Shown: positions 29,246 through 39,600 of the stretch, piece after piece
Layout of the letters: every line of letters starts with the position of its first letter
Numbering within the stretch: the stretch's first letter is position 1
Assembly (NCBI GenBank): GCA_046290465.1
Contig: JBKAGP010000001.1
Span: 768,001 to 832,000 of the forward strand
Length of the DNA stretch: 64,000 nucleotides
Source of the DNA: Planctomycetota bacterium
GTDB taxonomy: Bacteria; Planctomycetota; UBA1135; UBA2386
Direction of reading: 5' to 3'
Translations under genes and position numbers: made by a program
Notes under the pieces: model-generated
What the model was told of the DNA's origin: nothing
Databases searched by the model: none
What the model saw: only the letters and a program-made list of their open reading frames with translations

Positions 29246-30769
29246 CTACTCGATCACGAGCGACAGCGCGTCGCTGGCGACCAGCCCGGCTGGGTTGGCC
29301 GCGCCGTCGAGCACCAGCCACTGGGCGACGTGGCGGCTGCCGCGCAGGCTCGGCGCGACCGGCACGTCGAGCGCGACCCGCGCGCAGCCGGCGACGTCGG
29401 TCACCCGCGCCTCGAACAGCTGCGGCATGAGCAGCAGCGCGCAGCCCGGCGCCGCGACGCCGACGCTCGCCGCCATCAGCGGCAGGGGCAGCGCCGCGAA
29501 CTGGTCGCGCTCGGCACCGAAGCCGAGCAGGGCGATCTGGCCGGAGCCGGCCGCGAACAGGTCCATCGAGAACGGCGCGCCGATCACCGCGCCCTGGCGC
29601 GCGCCGATCTTCGGCCGGCGGCCGTGCGCGCCGACGCAGCCGCGGCCGAACGTGGTCGGCCGCGCGCCGACCAGCAGCTGGCCGCGCAGTTCTCCCTGCC
29701 GGTAGGTCGACGACGCCACGGTCACGTACCAGTTGCCGGCGAGCAGGTCGTTGAGCTGCGGCTGGGTCGGCGTATGGGTGCCGGTGAAGCTCGCGCCGGC
29801 GAGCGGCACCGTGAACACCAGCGGCCCGTTGGACAGCGGCGGCGCCTGCCGGACCTCGACCGCGGTCGGGGCCCCGACCAGCGTCGTGAACGAGCCGTCG
29901 ATGCGCACCGCGCCGTCCGGCCGCACGGTCACCTGCACGCCGCCCACCGCCGTCGACGGCGTCGCGGGCACCACCTGAGCGCCCGACAGCGCGCCGACGA
30001 ACGGGCCGATGTCGCGCTCGAGCTGGCCGCGCAGTTCGCCGGTCGGCGTCGCCGCGGTGCGCACCTGCAGGTAGCAGTCGTTGCCGAGCAGCGCCGCGGT
30101 GTCGGCGGCCCCGAGCCGCCCGGTGGCGCCACAGAAGTCGACGCCGTTCTGGGCCTGGCCGTCGAGCGCTGCCACCAGCGGGCCGTTGTTGCCGATCGCG
30201 GCGCGGCGCAGGTCGGCGCCGAGCACGGTGCCGACGCCGGCGTTGCTCAGGAAGTAGACCAGCCGCCGTTCGGGTTCGTAGAAGATCGCCTCGAGCTGCC
30301 CGGTCGCGGTGGTCGTCACCGGCGGAACCACCTGCGAGCCGCCGAGTGCGGCCCGGAAGCGGTTGGCGCGCGCGGCGACGATCTGGCCGCGCACTTCGCC
30401 GAGCGGCAGCAGGGTCGTGCGCACGTCGAGGTAGAGGCCGGCGCTGGCCAGCGCCGCCGCCACGGTGGCGTTGAGCAGCTTGCTGCCGGTCCAGGCGCCG
30501 GCGCCGGCCGCAGCGAGCGGCAGCACCACCGGGCCGTTGGCGGTGCTGGCGCCGAGCCGGACCGCGGCGGACTGCACCGGGCTCTGCAGGCCTTCCAGGT
30601 GGGCGAAGCAGCGCAGCTGGCCGCTGGTCGGCTGGTAGCGCAGCACCGCGAAGCCCGCCGCGGGCCCGGTCGCCGCGGGCACGACCTGTTGTCCATCGAG
30701 TGCCGCGGAGTAGTAGTCCTGCGCGAAGCACGGGAGGACCAACGACAGGCAGAGCAGGGCTCGGATCAT
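29246..30769 (-). CDS. Secreted protein with three CHRD domains and a shared C-terminal domain
   Basis: Three repeats of LxGxQVVP...GE(V/L)RGQ; signal peptide MIRALLCLSLVLPCFA. Confidence 0.85.
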   Translation of the reverse strand: MIRALLCLSLVLPCFAQDYYSAALDGQQVVPAATGPAAGFAVLRYQPTSGQLRCFAHLEGLQSPVQSAAVRLGASTANGPVVLPLAAAGAGAWTGSKLLNATVAAALASAGLYLDVRTTLLPLGEVRGQIVAARANRFRAALGGSQVVPPVTTTATGQLEAIFYEPERRLVYFLSNAGVGTVLGADLRRAAIGNNGPLVAALDGQAQNGVDFCGATGRLGAADTAALLGNDCYLQVRTAATPTGELRGQLERDIGPFVGALSGAQVVPATPSTAVGGVQVTVRPDGAVRIDGSFTTLVGAPTAVEVRQAPPLSNGPLVFTVPLAGASFTGTHTPTQPQLNDLLAGNWYVTVASSTYRQGELRGQLLVGARPTTFGRGCVGAHGRRPKIGARQGAVIGAPFSMDLFAAGSGQIALLGFGAERDQFAALPLPLMAASVGVAAPGCALLLMPQLFEARVTDVAGCARVALDVPVAPSLRGSRHVAQWLVLDGAANPAGLVASDALSLVIE

Positions 30770-30864
30770 GGCGGAACGCGGAGAGAGAGAGAGAGGTGCC
30801 GACGAGGCCGACGCAACGATACGCAAGGGTGGGCGAACGCCCACGCGCGTGCGATAGTGCCGGC

Positions 30865-33800
30865 ATGGTTCGGAGGATTCCGAGTGGGCCGCGCGGCGCG
30901 TCGCGCCGGACAGGCCTGGCCCCCCTTGTCGCCGCCGCGTTGCTGGTCACCGCATGCAAGGAGGATCGCCCTGCATTCGGACCGGGCGGGCACCAGATCG
31001 AACCGCTGCGCCCGGCAGAGTCCGCCGAGGCCGGACAGAGCCGGTTCCGCCGGGTGCCGGCCTCCGAGTCGGGGCTCTCCTTCCGCAACGAACTTCGGCC
31101 GGAGAACCGCTACACGTATCTGACCAACGGCGCCGGCATGGCGGTCGGCGACTACGACGGCGACGGCCTGCTCGACGCCTACCTGATCTCGCAGGACGGG
31201 CCCAACAAGCTGTTCCGGCAGACCGCCCCGCTGCGCTTCGAGGACGTCACGGCCGCGGCCGGCCAGGTGCACGGCGGCGATGCCTGGGGCAGCGGCGCCT
31301 GCTTCGCCGACGTCGACGGGGACGGCGACCTCGACCTCTACGTGTGCAACGTCGAGGCCAGGAACCTGCTCTACCAGAACCAGGGCGACGGCACGTTCGT
31401 CGAGAACGGCGCCAGCTTCGGCCTCGACCTGGTAGCGGCGTCGACGATGGCGGCGTTCGCCGACTTCGACCGCGACGGCCAGCTCGACCTCTACCTGCTG
31501 ACCAACCGCGCGCTGCACGCCGGCTGGGCGCTGACGCCGGAGGTGCTCGACGGCTTCCGGCCGCCGCAGGACACCGTTCGCTCGCCGCGGCAGATGGTGC
31601 CGACGGCGCAGCAGTTCGCCGCTGCGCAGCAGGCCGTGCGCCCGGACGACGAGCACTTCTTCGCGTTCCGCGGCAGGCCCTACACGGCCGGCCAGCCGGA
31701 CCGCCTGCTGCGCAACGTCGGCAACCGGTTCGTCGACGTCACCGACAGCGCCGGCATCCGCGATCGCGGCATGGGCCTGTCGGCGACCTGGTTCGACTAC
31801 GACGACGACGGCTACCCCGACCTCTACGTCGCCAACGACCTCGAGACGCCGGACTTGCTGTACCACAACCAGCGCGACGGCACCTTCCGCGAGGTGTCCC
31901 GCGAGGTCGTGCCGCACACCGCCTACTACGGCATGGGCTCCGACGCCGCCGACGTCGACGGCGACGGCCGCCTCGACCTGATCGTCGCCGACATGAGCAT
32001 GACGACCCACGAGAAGGCCAAGGTGCTGATGGGCGACATGGACGAAGAACGGCCGGTGCTGATGCACAGCGACCCGCCGCAGGTGATGCGCAACGCGCTG
32101 CTGCTCAACACGGGCATGGGCCGCTTCCAGGAGGCGGCCAGGCTCGCCGGGGTCTCGAGCACCGACTGGACCTGGTCGGTGCTGTTCGGCGACCTCGACA
32201 ACGATGCGCGCGTCGACCTGTTCGCGACCAACGGCATCGCGCGCTTCGACACCGACCCGGACCTCAAGCTGCGCGTCGCGGAGCTGTGGGAACAGGGCCA
32301 GCAGCAGGCCGCGATCCAGCTGATCCAGAACGTCGGCAAGGTGCCGGAGCAGAACCTCGCGCTGCGCAACGTCGGCGGCCGTGATGTGAAGTTCGAGAAG
32401 ACCGGTGCGGACTGGGGCCTCGACCTCGAAGCGGTCTCGCACGGCGCCGTGCTCGCCGACTTCGACGGCGACGGCGACCTCGACGTGCTGGTCAACAACT
32501 TCGAGTCGGAGTGCGCCCTCTACGAGAACCGCACCGGCGATGGCCGCGCGCTCGTGGTGCGGCTGCGCGGCCAGCACAGCGAACGGTTCGGCGTCGGCGC
32601 CCGGGTCGTGGCGGAGCTGCCCGACGGCACCCGCCTGTTGCGCGAACTGTCGCTGTCGCGCGGCTACCTGTCGGGCCAGCCGGCCGAACTGCACTTCGGC
32701 CTCGGCAGTGCGGCCTCGGCGGCGCTGTCGGTCTACTGGCCTTCGGGCCACGTCAGCCAGGTGCAGCAGGTCGACGCCGGCCAGCGGGTGACGATCACCG
32801 AACCGGGCGAGGCGCCCCCGCCGGCGCGGGACGTCGAAGCCTCGATCCGGCCGCCGCGCTTCGTGCCGGCTCCGGCCCCGGCGTTCCGCCACCGCGAGAA
32901 CGCGTTCGACGAATACGAAGCGCAGCCGCTGCTGCCGGCCCAGGTCTCGCGCCTCGGCCCGGCGCTGGCCGCGGCCGGCGAACTGGTCTACGTCGGCGGC
33001 GCCCGCGAGCAGGCCGGCGCGCTGTTCCGCCGCGACGGCGAACGCTGGCTGCGGATCGACGGTCCGTGGCAGCAGGACGCCACCAGCGAGGACGTCGGCG
33101 CCTGCTTCGTCGACCACGACGGCGACGGCGACCAGGATCTCGTCGTGACCAGCGGCGGCGCCGAGGTCGCGAGCGGCGACCGCACGCTGCGCGACCGTCT
33201 CTACCGCAACGACGGCGAGCACCGCTTCGCGCGCGTCGCCGACGCGCTGCCGGACGTGCGCGACTCGTCTGGCTGCGTCGTCGCCGCCGACTACGACGGC
33301 GACGGCGATCCGGACCTGTTCGTCGCCGGCCGGCTGGTGCCGGGCGCCTATCCCGACGCGCCGCCGAGCCGCCTCTACCGCAACGACGGCGGCCGCTTCG
33401 TCGAGGTCACCGCCGAGGTCGCGCCGGCGCTGCGCACGGCCGGCATGGTCACCGACGCGCGCTTCGCCGACCTCGACGGCGACGGCCGACTCGACCTGCT
33501 GCTGGCGGCGCGCTGGCAGCCGCTGCGGCTCTTGCGCGGCGACGGCCAACGCTTCGTCGACGCCACTGCGGCCGCCGGCCTGCAGGACCGACCGGGCTGG
33601 TGGCGTTCGCTGTGCGTGCTCGATGTCGACGGCGACGGCGACCTCGACGTCGTCGCCGGCAACCAGGGCTGGAACACCAAGTACAAGGCCAGCGCCAGCA
33701 AGCCGGCGCGGCTCTACTTCGGCGACTTCGACGACGACGGCCGCCGCGACCTGGTCGAGGCCAAGTACGAGGGCGACCGGCTGCTGCCGGTGCGCGGTCG

Positions 33801-34284
33801 CAGCTGCAGCAGCGGTGCGATGCCGATCCTGAAGGAGCGCTTCCCGACCTACGAGGGCTTCGCGAAGTCGCTGCTGAAGGACATCTACACCGAGGAGAAG
33901 CTCGACGCCTGCGGCGAGCTGGTCGCCACCGAGCTCGCCAGCTGCCTGCTGCGCAACCAGGGCGACGGCACCTTCGCGTTCGAGCCGCTGCCGCGGCTGG
34001 CGCAGATCGCGCCGATCCACGCGATGGTCGTCGTCGACGGGCTGCTGGTCTGCGCGCAGAACGACTTCAGCCCCGAGCCCGAGACCGGCCGGCACGACGG
34101 CGGCACCGGCCTCGTGCTCGAGGTGCGCGACGGCCGCCTGCGGGTGCTGCCCCCGCACGAGCACGGCATCTCGGCGTTCGGGGACCACCGCCAGCTGCGG
34201 CAGCTGCCGACGCCCGACGGGCCGCTGCTGCTGTTCGGGCGCAACGACGCCGCGGTGCACGCCTACCGACCGGCGAAACGCTGA
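30865..34284 (+). CDS. CRTAC1/ASPIC-UnbV FG-GAP repeat lipoprotein
   Basis: Lipobox LVTAC; many DxDGDGxxD repeats; GVGARV..SRGYLSGQ...LHFGLG (UnbV). Confidence 0.9.
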   Translation: MVRRIPSGPRGASRRTGLAPLVAAALLVTACKEDRPAFGPGGHQIEPLRPAESAEAGQSRFRRVPASESGLSFRNELRPENRYTYLTNGAGMAVGDYDGDGLLDAYLISQDGPNKLFRQTAPLRFEDVTAAAGQVHGGDAWGSGACFADVDGDGDLDLYVCNVEARNLLYQNQGDGTFVENGASFGLDLVAASTMAAFADFDRDGQLDLYLLTNRALHAGWALTPEVLDGFRPPQDTVRSPRQMVPTAQQFAAAQQAVRPDDEHFFAFRGRPYTAGQPDRLLRNVGNRFVDVTDSAGIRDRGMGLSATWFDYDDDGYPDLYVANDLETPDLLYHNQRDGTFREVSREVVPHTAYYGMGSDAADVDGDGRLDLIVADMSMTTHEKAKVLMGDMDEERPVLMHSDPPQVMRNALLLNTGMGRFQEAARLAGVSSTDWTWSVLFGDLDNDARVDLFATNGIARFDTDPDLKLRVAELWEQGQQQAAIQLIQNVGKVPEQNLALRNVGGRDVKFEKTGADWGLDLEAVSHGAVLADFDGDGDLDVLVNNFESECALYENRTGDGRALVVRLRGQHSERFGVGARVVAELPDGTRLLRELSLSRGYLSGQPAELHFGLGSAASAALSVYWPSGHVSQVQQVDAGQRVTITEPGEAPPPARDVEASIRPPRFVPAPAPAFRHRENAFDEYEAQPLLPAQVSRLGPALAAAGELVYVGGAREQAGALFRRDGERWLRIDGPWQQDATSEDVGACFVDHDGDGDQDLVVTSGGAEVASGDRTLRDRLYRNDGEHRFARVADALPDVRDSSGCVVAADYDGDGDPDLFVAGRLVPGAYPDAPPSRLYRNDGGRFVEVTAEVAPALRTAGMVTDARFADLDGDGRLDLLLAARWQPLRLLRGDGQRFVDATAAAGLQDRPGWWRSLCVLDVDGDGDLDVVAGNQGWNTKYKASASKPARLYFGDFDDDGRRDLVEAKYEGDRLLPVRGRSCSSGAMPILKERFPTYEGFAKSLLKDIYTEEKLDACGELVATELASCLLRNQGDGTFAFEPLPRLAQIAPIHAMVVVDGLLVCAQNDFSPEPETGRHDGGTGLVLEVRDGRLRVLPPHEHGISAFGDHRQLRQLPTPDGPLLLFGRNDAAVHAYRPAKR

Positions 34285-34329
34285 GTCCAGCACCGCGTTA
34301 CCGGCGGCCGTTGGTGGGATACTGGCGGC

Positions 34330-35409
34330 GTGAGAAGGACCCTGCTCCCGTCCGCGGCCCTGGCACTCGCCGCCGCGATCCCCGCCCAGTCCACCCTGAC
34401 CGTCGGCCCGGCCGGGTTTCCGAGCGTGCAGGCCGCGATCGACGCAGCCTCGGCCGGCGACGAGATCGTCGTGCAGCCGGGCAGCTACGCCAGCTTCGCG
34501 ACGTCCAAGGGCGTCACCATCCGCGCCGAGGTGCCCGGCACCGTCGACATCGCCGGCGGCGGCTTCTTCGCGCTGATCGCCGCGCCGCCGAGCGAGCCGG
34601 TGCGCCTGCAGGGCCTGCGGCTCGGCAGCTACAACATGCTCAACGGCCGCATCACGATCGAGGACTGCACGTTCACGAGCCCCGGCATCGTGCTCGGCCT
34701 GACGTTCGCGACCGCGCACCTGGAGCGCGTCACGATCGAGGGCCAGCCGTTCCTGATCGGCGCCCAGGCGGCACTGGTCGTCAACGACTCGGTCGTGACG
34801 ATGAACGACTGCACGATCACGCCCGAGCCCGGCGGTCCCGGCTCGTCGGGCACCCCCGGCATCGACGTCAACAACGCGACGCTGCTGGCCAGCAACTCGA
34901 CGATCTCCGGCGCGCTCGGCCCGACCGCGCTGCCGGCGCTGCAGCTCGACGCGCTCAGCACGGCGCGGCTGACCGACTGCACGATCGTCGCCGGCGCCAA
35001 CAGCTGCGGCGTCGTCGGCGGCGACGTCGTCTGCTCGCGCTGCACGCTGCCGGCGTCGTGCGCGCTGCCCACCACCACGTTGCTCGGCGCCCGCGCCAAC
35101 GGCAACGTCGTGCGCGGCCAGACCTACAGCGTGACGTTCACGGGCGCGCCGAACGAGTTCCTGCTGGTGTTCGGCAGCAACGAGATCGACGCGACCGTCG
35201 CGGCGACGTTGCAGCAGCCGTTCCTGCTCGACGAGGTCGGCTGCTTCCCGGCGGCGGCGCTGCTGACCGACGCCAACGGCGCGGCGACGCTCGACGTGCC
35301 GGTGCCGAACATGCTGGTGCCGCCCGGCATCGGCGTCTACCTGCAGGGCGTCAGCGGCAGCGCGTTCCCGCTGCTGACGAGCCCGCTGGTCGGCGGCGTG
35401 ATCCTGTAA
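34330..35409 (+). CDS. Secreted beta-helix-like protein with shared C-terminal domain (paralog 1)
   Basis: VGPAGFPSVQAAIDAASAGDEIVVQPGSY beta-helix cap; repeated xDCTI/F strands. Confidence 0.75.
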   Translation: MRRTLLPSAALALAAAIPAQSTLTVGPAGFPSVQAAIDAASAGDEIVVQPGSYASFATSKGVTIRAEVPGTVDIAGGGFFALIAAPPSEPVRLQGLRLGSYNMLNGRITIEDCTFTSPGIVLGLTFATAHLERVTIEGQPFLIGAQAALVVNDSVVTMNDCTITPEPGGPGSSGTPGIDVNNATLLASNSTISGALGPTALPALQLDALSTARLTDCTIVAGANSCGVVGGDVVCSRCTLPASCALPTTTLLGARANGNVVRGQTYSVTFTGAPNEFLLVFGSNEIDATVAATLQQPFLLDEVGCFPAAALLTDANGAATLDVPVPNMLVPPGIGVYLQGVSGSAFPLLTSPLVGGVIL

Positions 35410-35442
35410 CCTGCCACCCGGTCCCCCTCGAGAACCGACGCC

Positions 35443-36531
35443 ATGCAACCGATCCTGATTGCCGCCTCCCTGCTCGCGCTCGCCGCGGCCGCATCGGCCC
35501 AGACCACCTGGCTGGTCGGCCCCAACGGCATCCCGGACCTCCAGAACGCGATCGACGGCGCCGCCGCCGGCGACGAACTGGTGCTGGAGCCCGGCACCTA
35601 CCCGCCGTTCAACCTCGACAAGGCGCTGACGATGCGGGCCGAGACGAACGGCACGGTGCAGATCACCAGCGGCGGCTTCGTGCTGCCCTTGGCGACCAAC
35701 ACGTCCGGTCGCACGCAGTTCGTCGGCCTCGACTTCCAGGAGCTGAACTGCTTCGGCGGCGACTTCTCGATCATCGACTGCACGTTCGCGTGGACCGGCA
35801 GCGTACTGTCGCTCGCCAACGGCACCGCGCACGTCGAGCGCACCACCGTACTCGGCCTGCCGTCGCTGCTCGGCAACGTCGGCCCGCTGTTCCTGAGCGG
35901 CGCCTATGTCACCATGGTCGACTGCGAGGTCGAGGGTTCGGCCCCCAGCCCGTTCGGCGTCAACGGCCCGGCCGTCGACCAGCAGGCCAACTCGACCCTG
36001 GTCGCCAGCGGCTGCACCTTCCGCGCCGGCACCGGCCCGGTCCTGCAACCGACGATCGTGTCGCAGAGCAACACCGTGGTGCGGATCAGCGACTCGACCT
36101 TCGCCCACGACGCGTCGGTCTGCACCGTGACCGGGCCGGCCGACGTCGTGCTCAGCCGCTGCGTCGTCCCGTCGAGCTGCCCCAACCAGGTCGTCGCCCC
36201 GCTGCTCGGCATCGGCGCGAACGGCGCGATCACGCGCGGGCAGGTGTGGTCGGCGACGTTCCGCGGCGAACCGAACGAGCCGCTGCTGGTGTTCGGCAGC
36301 GACGACCTCGACGGCGGCCCGGCGATCGAACTGGACGGGCCATTCCTGCTGGCGGCGGCCGGCTGCTTCCCGGCGGCCGCGATCCTGCTCGACGGCAACG
36401 GCGACGCGCAGCTCGACGTGCCGATCCCCGGGGTCGCGATCCCGGTCGGCCTCGCGGTGTTCGTGCAGGGGGTCAGCGGCAGTTCGTTCCCGCTGCGCAC
36501 GAGCCCGGTCGTCGGCGGCCTCGTGCGCTGA
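35443..36531 (+). CDS. Secreted beta-helix-like protein with shared C-terminal domain (paralog 2)
   Basis: VGPNGIPDLQNAIDGAAAGDELVLEPGTY; collinear with 34330-35409. Confidence 0.75.
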   Translation: MQPILIAASLLALAAAASAQTTWLVGPNGIPDLQNAIDGAAAGDELVLEPGTYPPFNLDKALTMRAETNGTVQITSGGFVLPLATNTSGRTQFVGLDFQELNCFGGDFSIIDCTFAWTGSVLSLANGTAHVERTTVLGLPSLLGNVGPLFLSGAYVTMVDCEVEGSAPSPFGVNGPAVDQQANSTLVASGCTFRAGTGPVLQPTIVSQSNTVVRISDSTFAHDASVCTVTGPADVVLSRCVVPSSCPNQVVAPLLGIGANGAITRGQVWSATFRGEPNEPLLVFGSDDLDGGPAIELDGPFLLAAAGCFPAAAILLDGNGDAQLDVPIPGVAIPVGLAVFVQGVSGSSFPLRTSPVVGGLVR

Positions 36532-36623
36532 GCGCCGGCCGCGATCGCACCGGCGCAAACCGGGTCCCGGACCCGGCATGTGCGCCGCGGCGCACGACGC
36601 GCTAAGCTCTGCGCTCGCGGACC

Positions 36624-39600
36624 ATGCTCAGCGCCCTACGCCACAAGCTCGCCGTCGCGACGACGGCCGTCGTCGCCCTCGTCACCGGCAGCGCGTTCGT
36701 CCCGGACGCGTCCCCCCAGGACCCCCAGCCGGTCGACTACCACAAGGAGATCGAGCCGCTGCTCGCCAAGTACTGCTTTCGCTGCCACGGCGACCGCAAG
36801 CAGAAGGGCGACATGCAGTTGAACGTGCTCGACCCCGAGATGAAGACGCCCGCCGACGGTGAGGGCTGGCACGCGGCGCTCGACGTCATCAACGCCGGCG
36901 AGATGCCGCCCGAGGACGAGGACCAGTTCTCCGCCGAGGAGCGCCGCAAGGTCGTCGCGTGGATGACCGACTCGCTGAAGCGCGCCGCCGACCGCCAGAA
37001 GGGCGAACGCACGGTGGTGCTGCGCCGGCTGACGCGCGAGCAGTACACCAACAGCCTGCAGGACCTGCTCGGCGTCTCGATCGACTTCGCGCAGACGCTG
37101 CCCGAGGACGGCAAGGCCAAGAACGGGTTCTCCAACAACGGCGAGGTCCTGCAGGCCTCGCAGCTGCACCTCGACAACTACCAGCAGATCGCGCGCCAGG
37201 GCCTCGCGCAGGCGATCGCGCGCGAGAAGCCCGAGGTCACCCACTACCGCGTCACGTTCGGCAAGGGCCGCGGTCGCGGCAAGGTCGCCGGCCGCACCGG
37301 CGGCTACCAGTCGGTCCCGCTCAATCCCGAGGACTTCACGGTCGAGATCCTGCGGGATGGCCGGCCGATCGAGGGCGGCAGCGACGCCGAGCAACAGCAG
37401 CGCGAACGGATCCAGAAGAAGATCAGCGTCGGCCTGCGCGGCTCCGGCCAGGACCGCTTCCGCGCCGTCGACGAGGGCATGATCCTGCTGTCGGCGCTGC
37501 CGCACCGCGAGAAGGTGCCGAAGTCGTGGCAGGGGCCGTCGCCCAACCTCAAGCTCGAGATGCAGCGCGTCTGGCCGGAGCAGGGTGACTTCGTGATGCG
37601 CGTCAAGGCATCGCGCGGCTACCTGCCGCCGCTGCGCAAGCAGCTGCTGGTCGCGGTCGACGACGACCTGCCGCAGGCGAGCTGGCAGCAGAACCGGCTG
37701 GTGACCGCCGACGGCGCCCAGGTGGTCGCAGCCGAGCAGACCGACCAGCACAAGAACCTGCGCAAGGACGGCGACTTCCTGCGGCCGGTCGACGTGCCCA
37801 AGGACAGCAAGGCGCGGATCCGCATCCAGCTGCCGCGCGACGGCTTCTACCAGGTCGACCTGGTGCACCCGCCGGTCAACCCCGACGCGATGCCGTCGGT
37901 GCGGCTCAAGGCGGCGCGCCACCATCTCGACCAGCGGCCCGAGCTGACCGAGGAGCAGCTGCAGCAGCCGCGCCTGACGACCGCGCTCGGCGTGATCGGC
38001 ATGCGCAAGGGCGGCCACCACATCGAGGTCGGCGGCAAGTTCTTCGTCGGCTTCTCGCACGTCGTGATCACGCCGCTCGACGCCTCGCACCCGCAGGTGC
38101 AGCGGCTGGCCCAGCAGGGCAAGGCGCAGGAGCAGAAGGTGCGCGAGCTGACCCCGTCGATCCGCACGCTGATCGGCACCCGCACCGACGACGGCATGGA
38201 CTACACGACGTTCGGCGAGGCCCAGGACGTCGACGCGCCGCTCGGCCGGGCACAGACCTACGAGTTCTTCGGCCGCCTCGAGAACCTGCCGATCCCGGAG
38301 CCCGAGTCCGGCGACAAGGAGGTGCTGTCCGGCTTCCTGCTGCTCGGGGTCTGGAACGACCACCTGGTCAAGTCGGCCCGCGAGACCGGCCCGCCGCTGC
38401 TGGTCGAGTCGATCGAGTTCGAGGCCCCCTACCTGCCGAGCTGGCCGCCGAAGTCGCACACCGACATCTTCTTCGACAGCGACACGCGCTCCGACGACGA
38501 GGCCTACACCCGCGAGGTGCTGCGCCGGTTCGTGTCGCGCGCGTTCCGTCGCCAGGCCAACGACGACGAGGTCGAACGCTACCTCGGCTTCTGGCGTCAG
38601 GTCCGCGGCGAACACGAGCGCTACGAGGACTCGGTCACCGAGGTGCTGGTCGCGATCCTGTGCTCGCCGGAGTTCCTGTACCTGTGCGAGCCGCTCGACG
38701 AGCTCGGCGACGGCGGCGCGCTGCCGGACTGGATGCTCGCCAACCGCCTCAGCTACTTCCTGTGGAACGGTCCGCCCGACGACGAGCTGCACCAGCTGGC
38801 CAGGGACGGCCGGCTGCGCGAACAGCTGCTGCCGCAGACCGAGCGCATGCTCGACGACCCACGCACCGACCGCTTCCTGCGACGGTTCGCCTACGAGTGG
38901 CTGCGCCTCGACCGCCACGACGGCATGACGATCAACGTCGACATGCACCCGGACTACACGCGCTTCGTCAAGCGCGACATGCGCGAGGAGACGTTCGCGT
39001 TCTTCGCCACGGTGTTCGGCGAGGACCTGCCGCTGTCGACGTTCGTCGCGGCCGACTTCGCGATGCTCAACCAGAACCTGGCCGAGTTCTACGGCGTCGA
39101 CGGCGTCTACGGCGCGCACTTCCGCAAGGTGCCGATCCCGGCGTCGATGCCCGAACGTCGCTGCGGCCTGCTGTCGCACGGCTCGTTCCACGTCGGCCAC
39201 TCGGACGGCAACGAACCGCACCCGATCAAGCGCGCGGTCTGGCTGAAGGCGCGCCTGCTCGGCGACGAGCCGCCGCCGCCGCCGCCGAACGTGCCGGACC
39301 TCGACCCCGAGACCCCGGGCTTCGACAAGATGACGTTGAAGCAGAAGATCGAATCGCACCGCGACAAGGACAGCTGCCGCGACTGCCACGCCGGCATCGA
39401 CCCGTACGGGTTCGTGTTCGAACGCATGAACGCGGTCGGCCGCTTCCAGGCGCGCCGCAAGGGCATCGACGTCGATGCGACCTCGACGCTCCCGGACGGC
39501 ACCGCCGTCGACGGCCTGCCGGGCATCCGCGCCTACCTGGTCGCCGATGCGAAGGACGCGTTCGCGCGCTCGGTGATCGAGCACCTGTTCGCCTACTCGC

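Noticed and set aside
29157..31088. 1250-aa ClC fusion ORF
   Set aside because: The upstream part is an off-frame read-through of the CHRD gene; ClC starts at 29156
30766..36579. 1937-aa antisense ORF and similar long ORFs (686-3631, 4951-7620, 19110-22160, 36636-40295, 45384-48755, 53639-57373, 58993-63432)
   Set aside because: They are stop-poor shadow frames of high-GC genes with no motifs, while the opposite strand carries recognizable proteins
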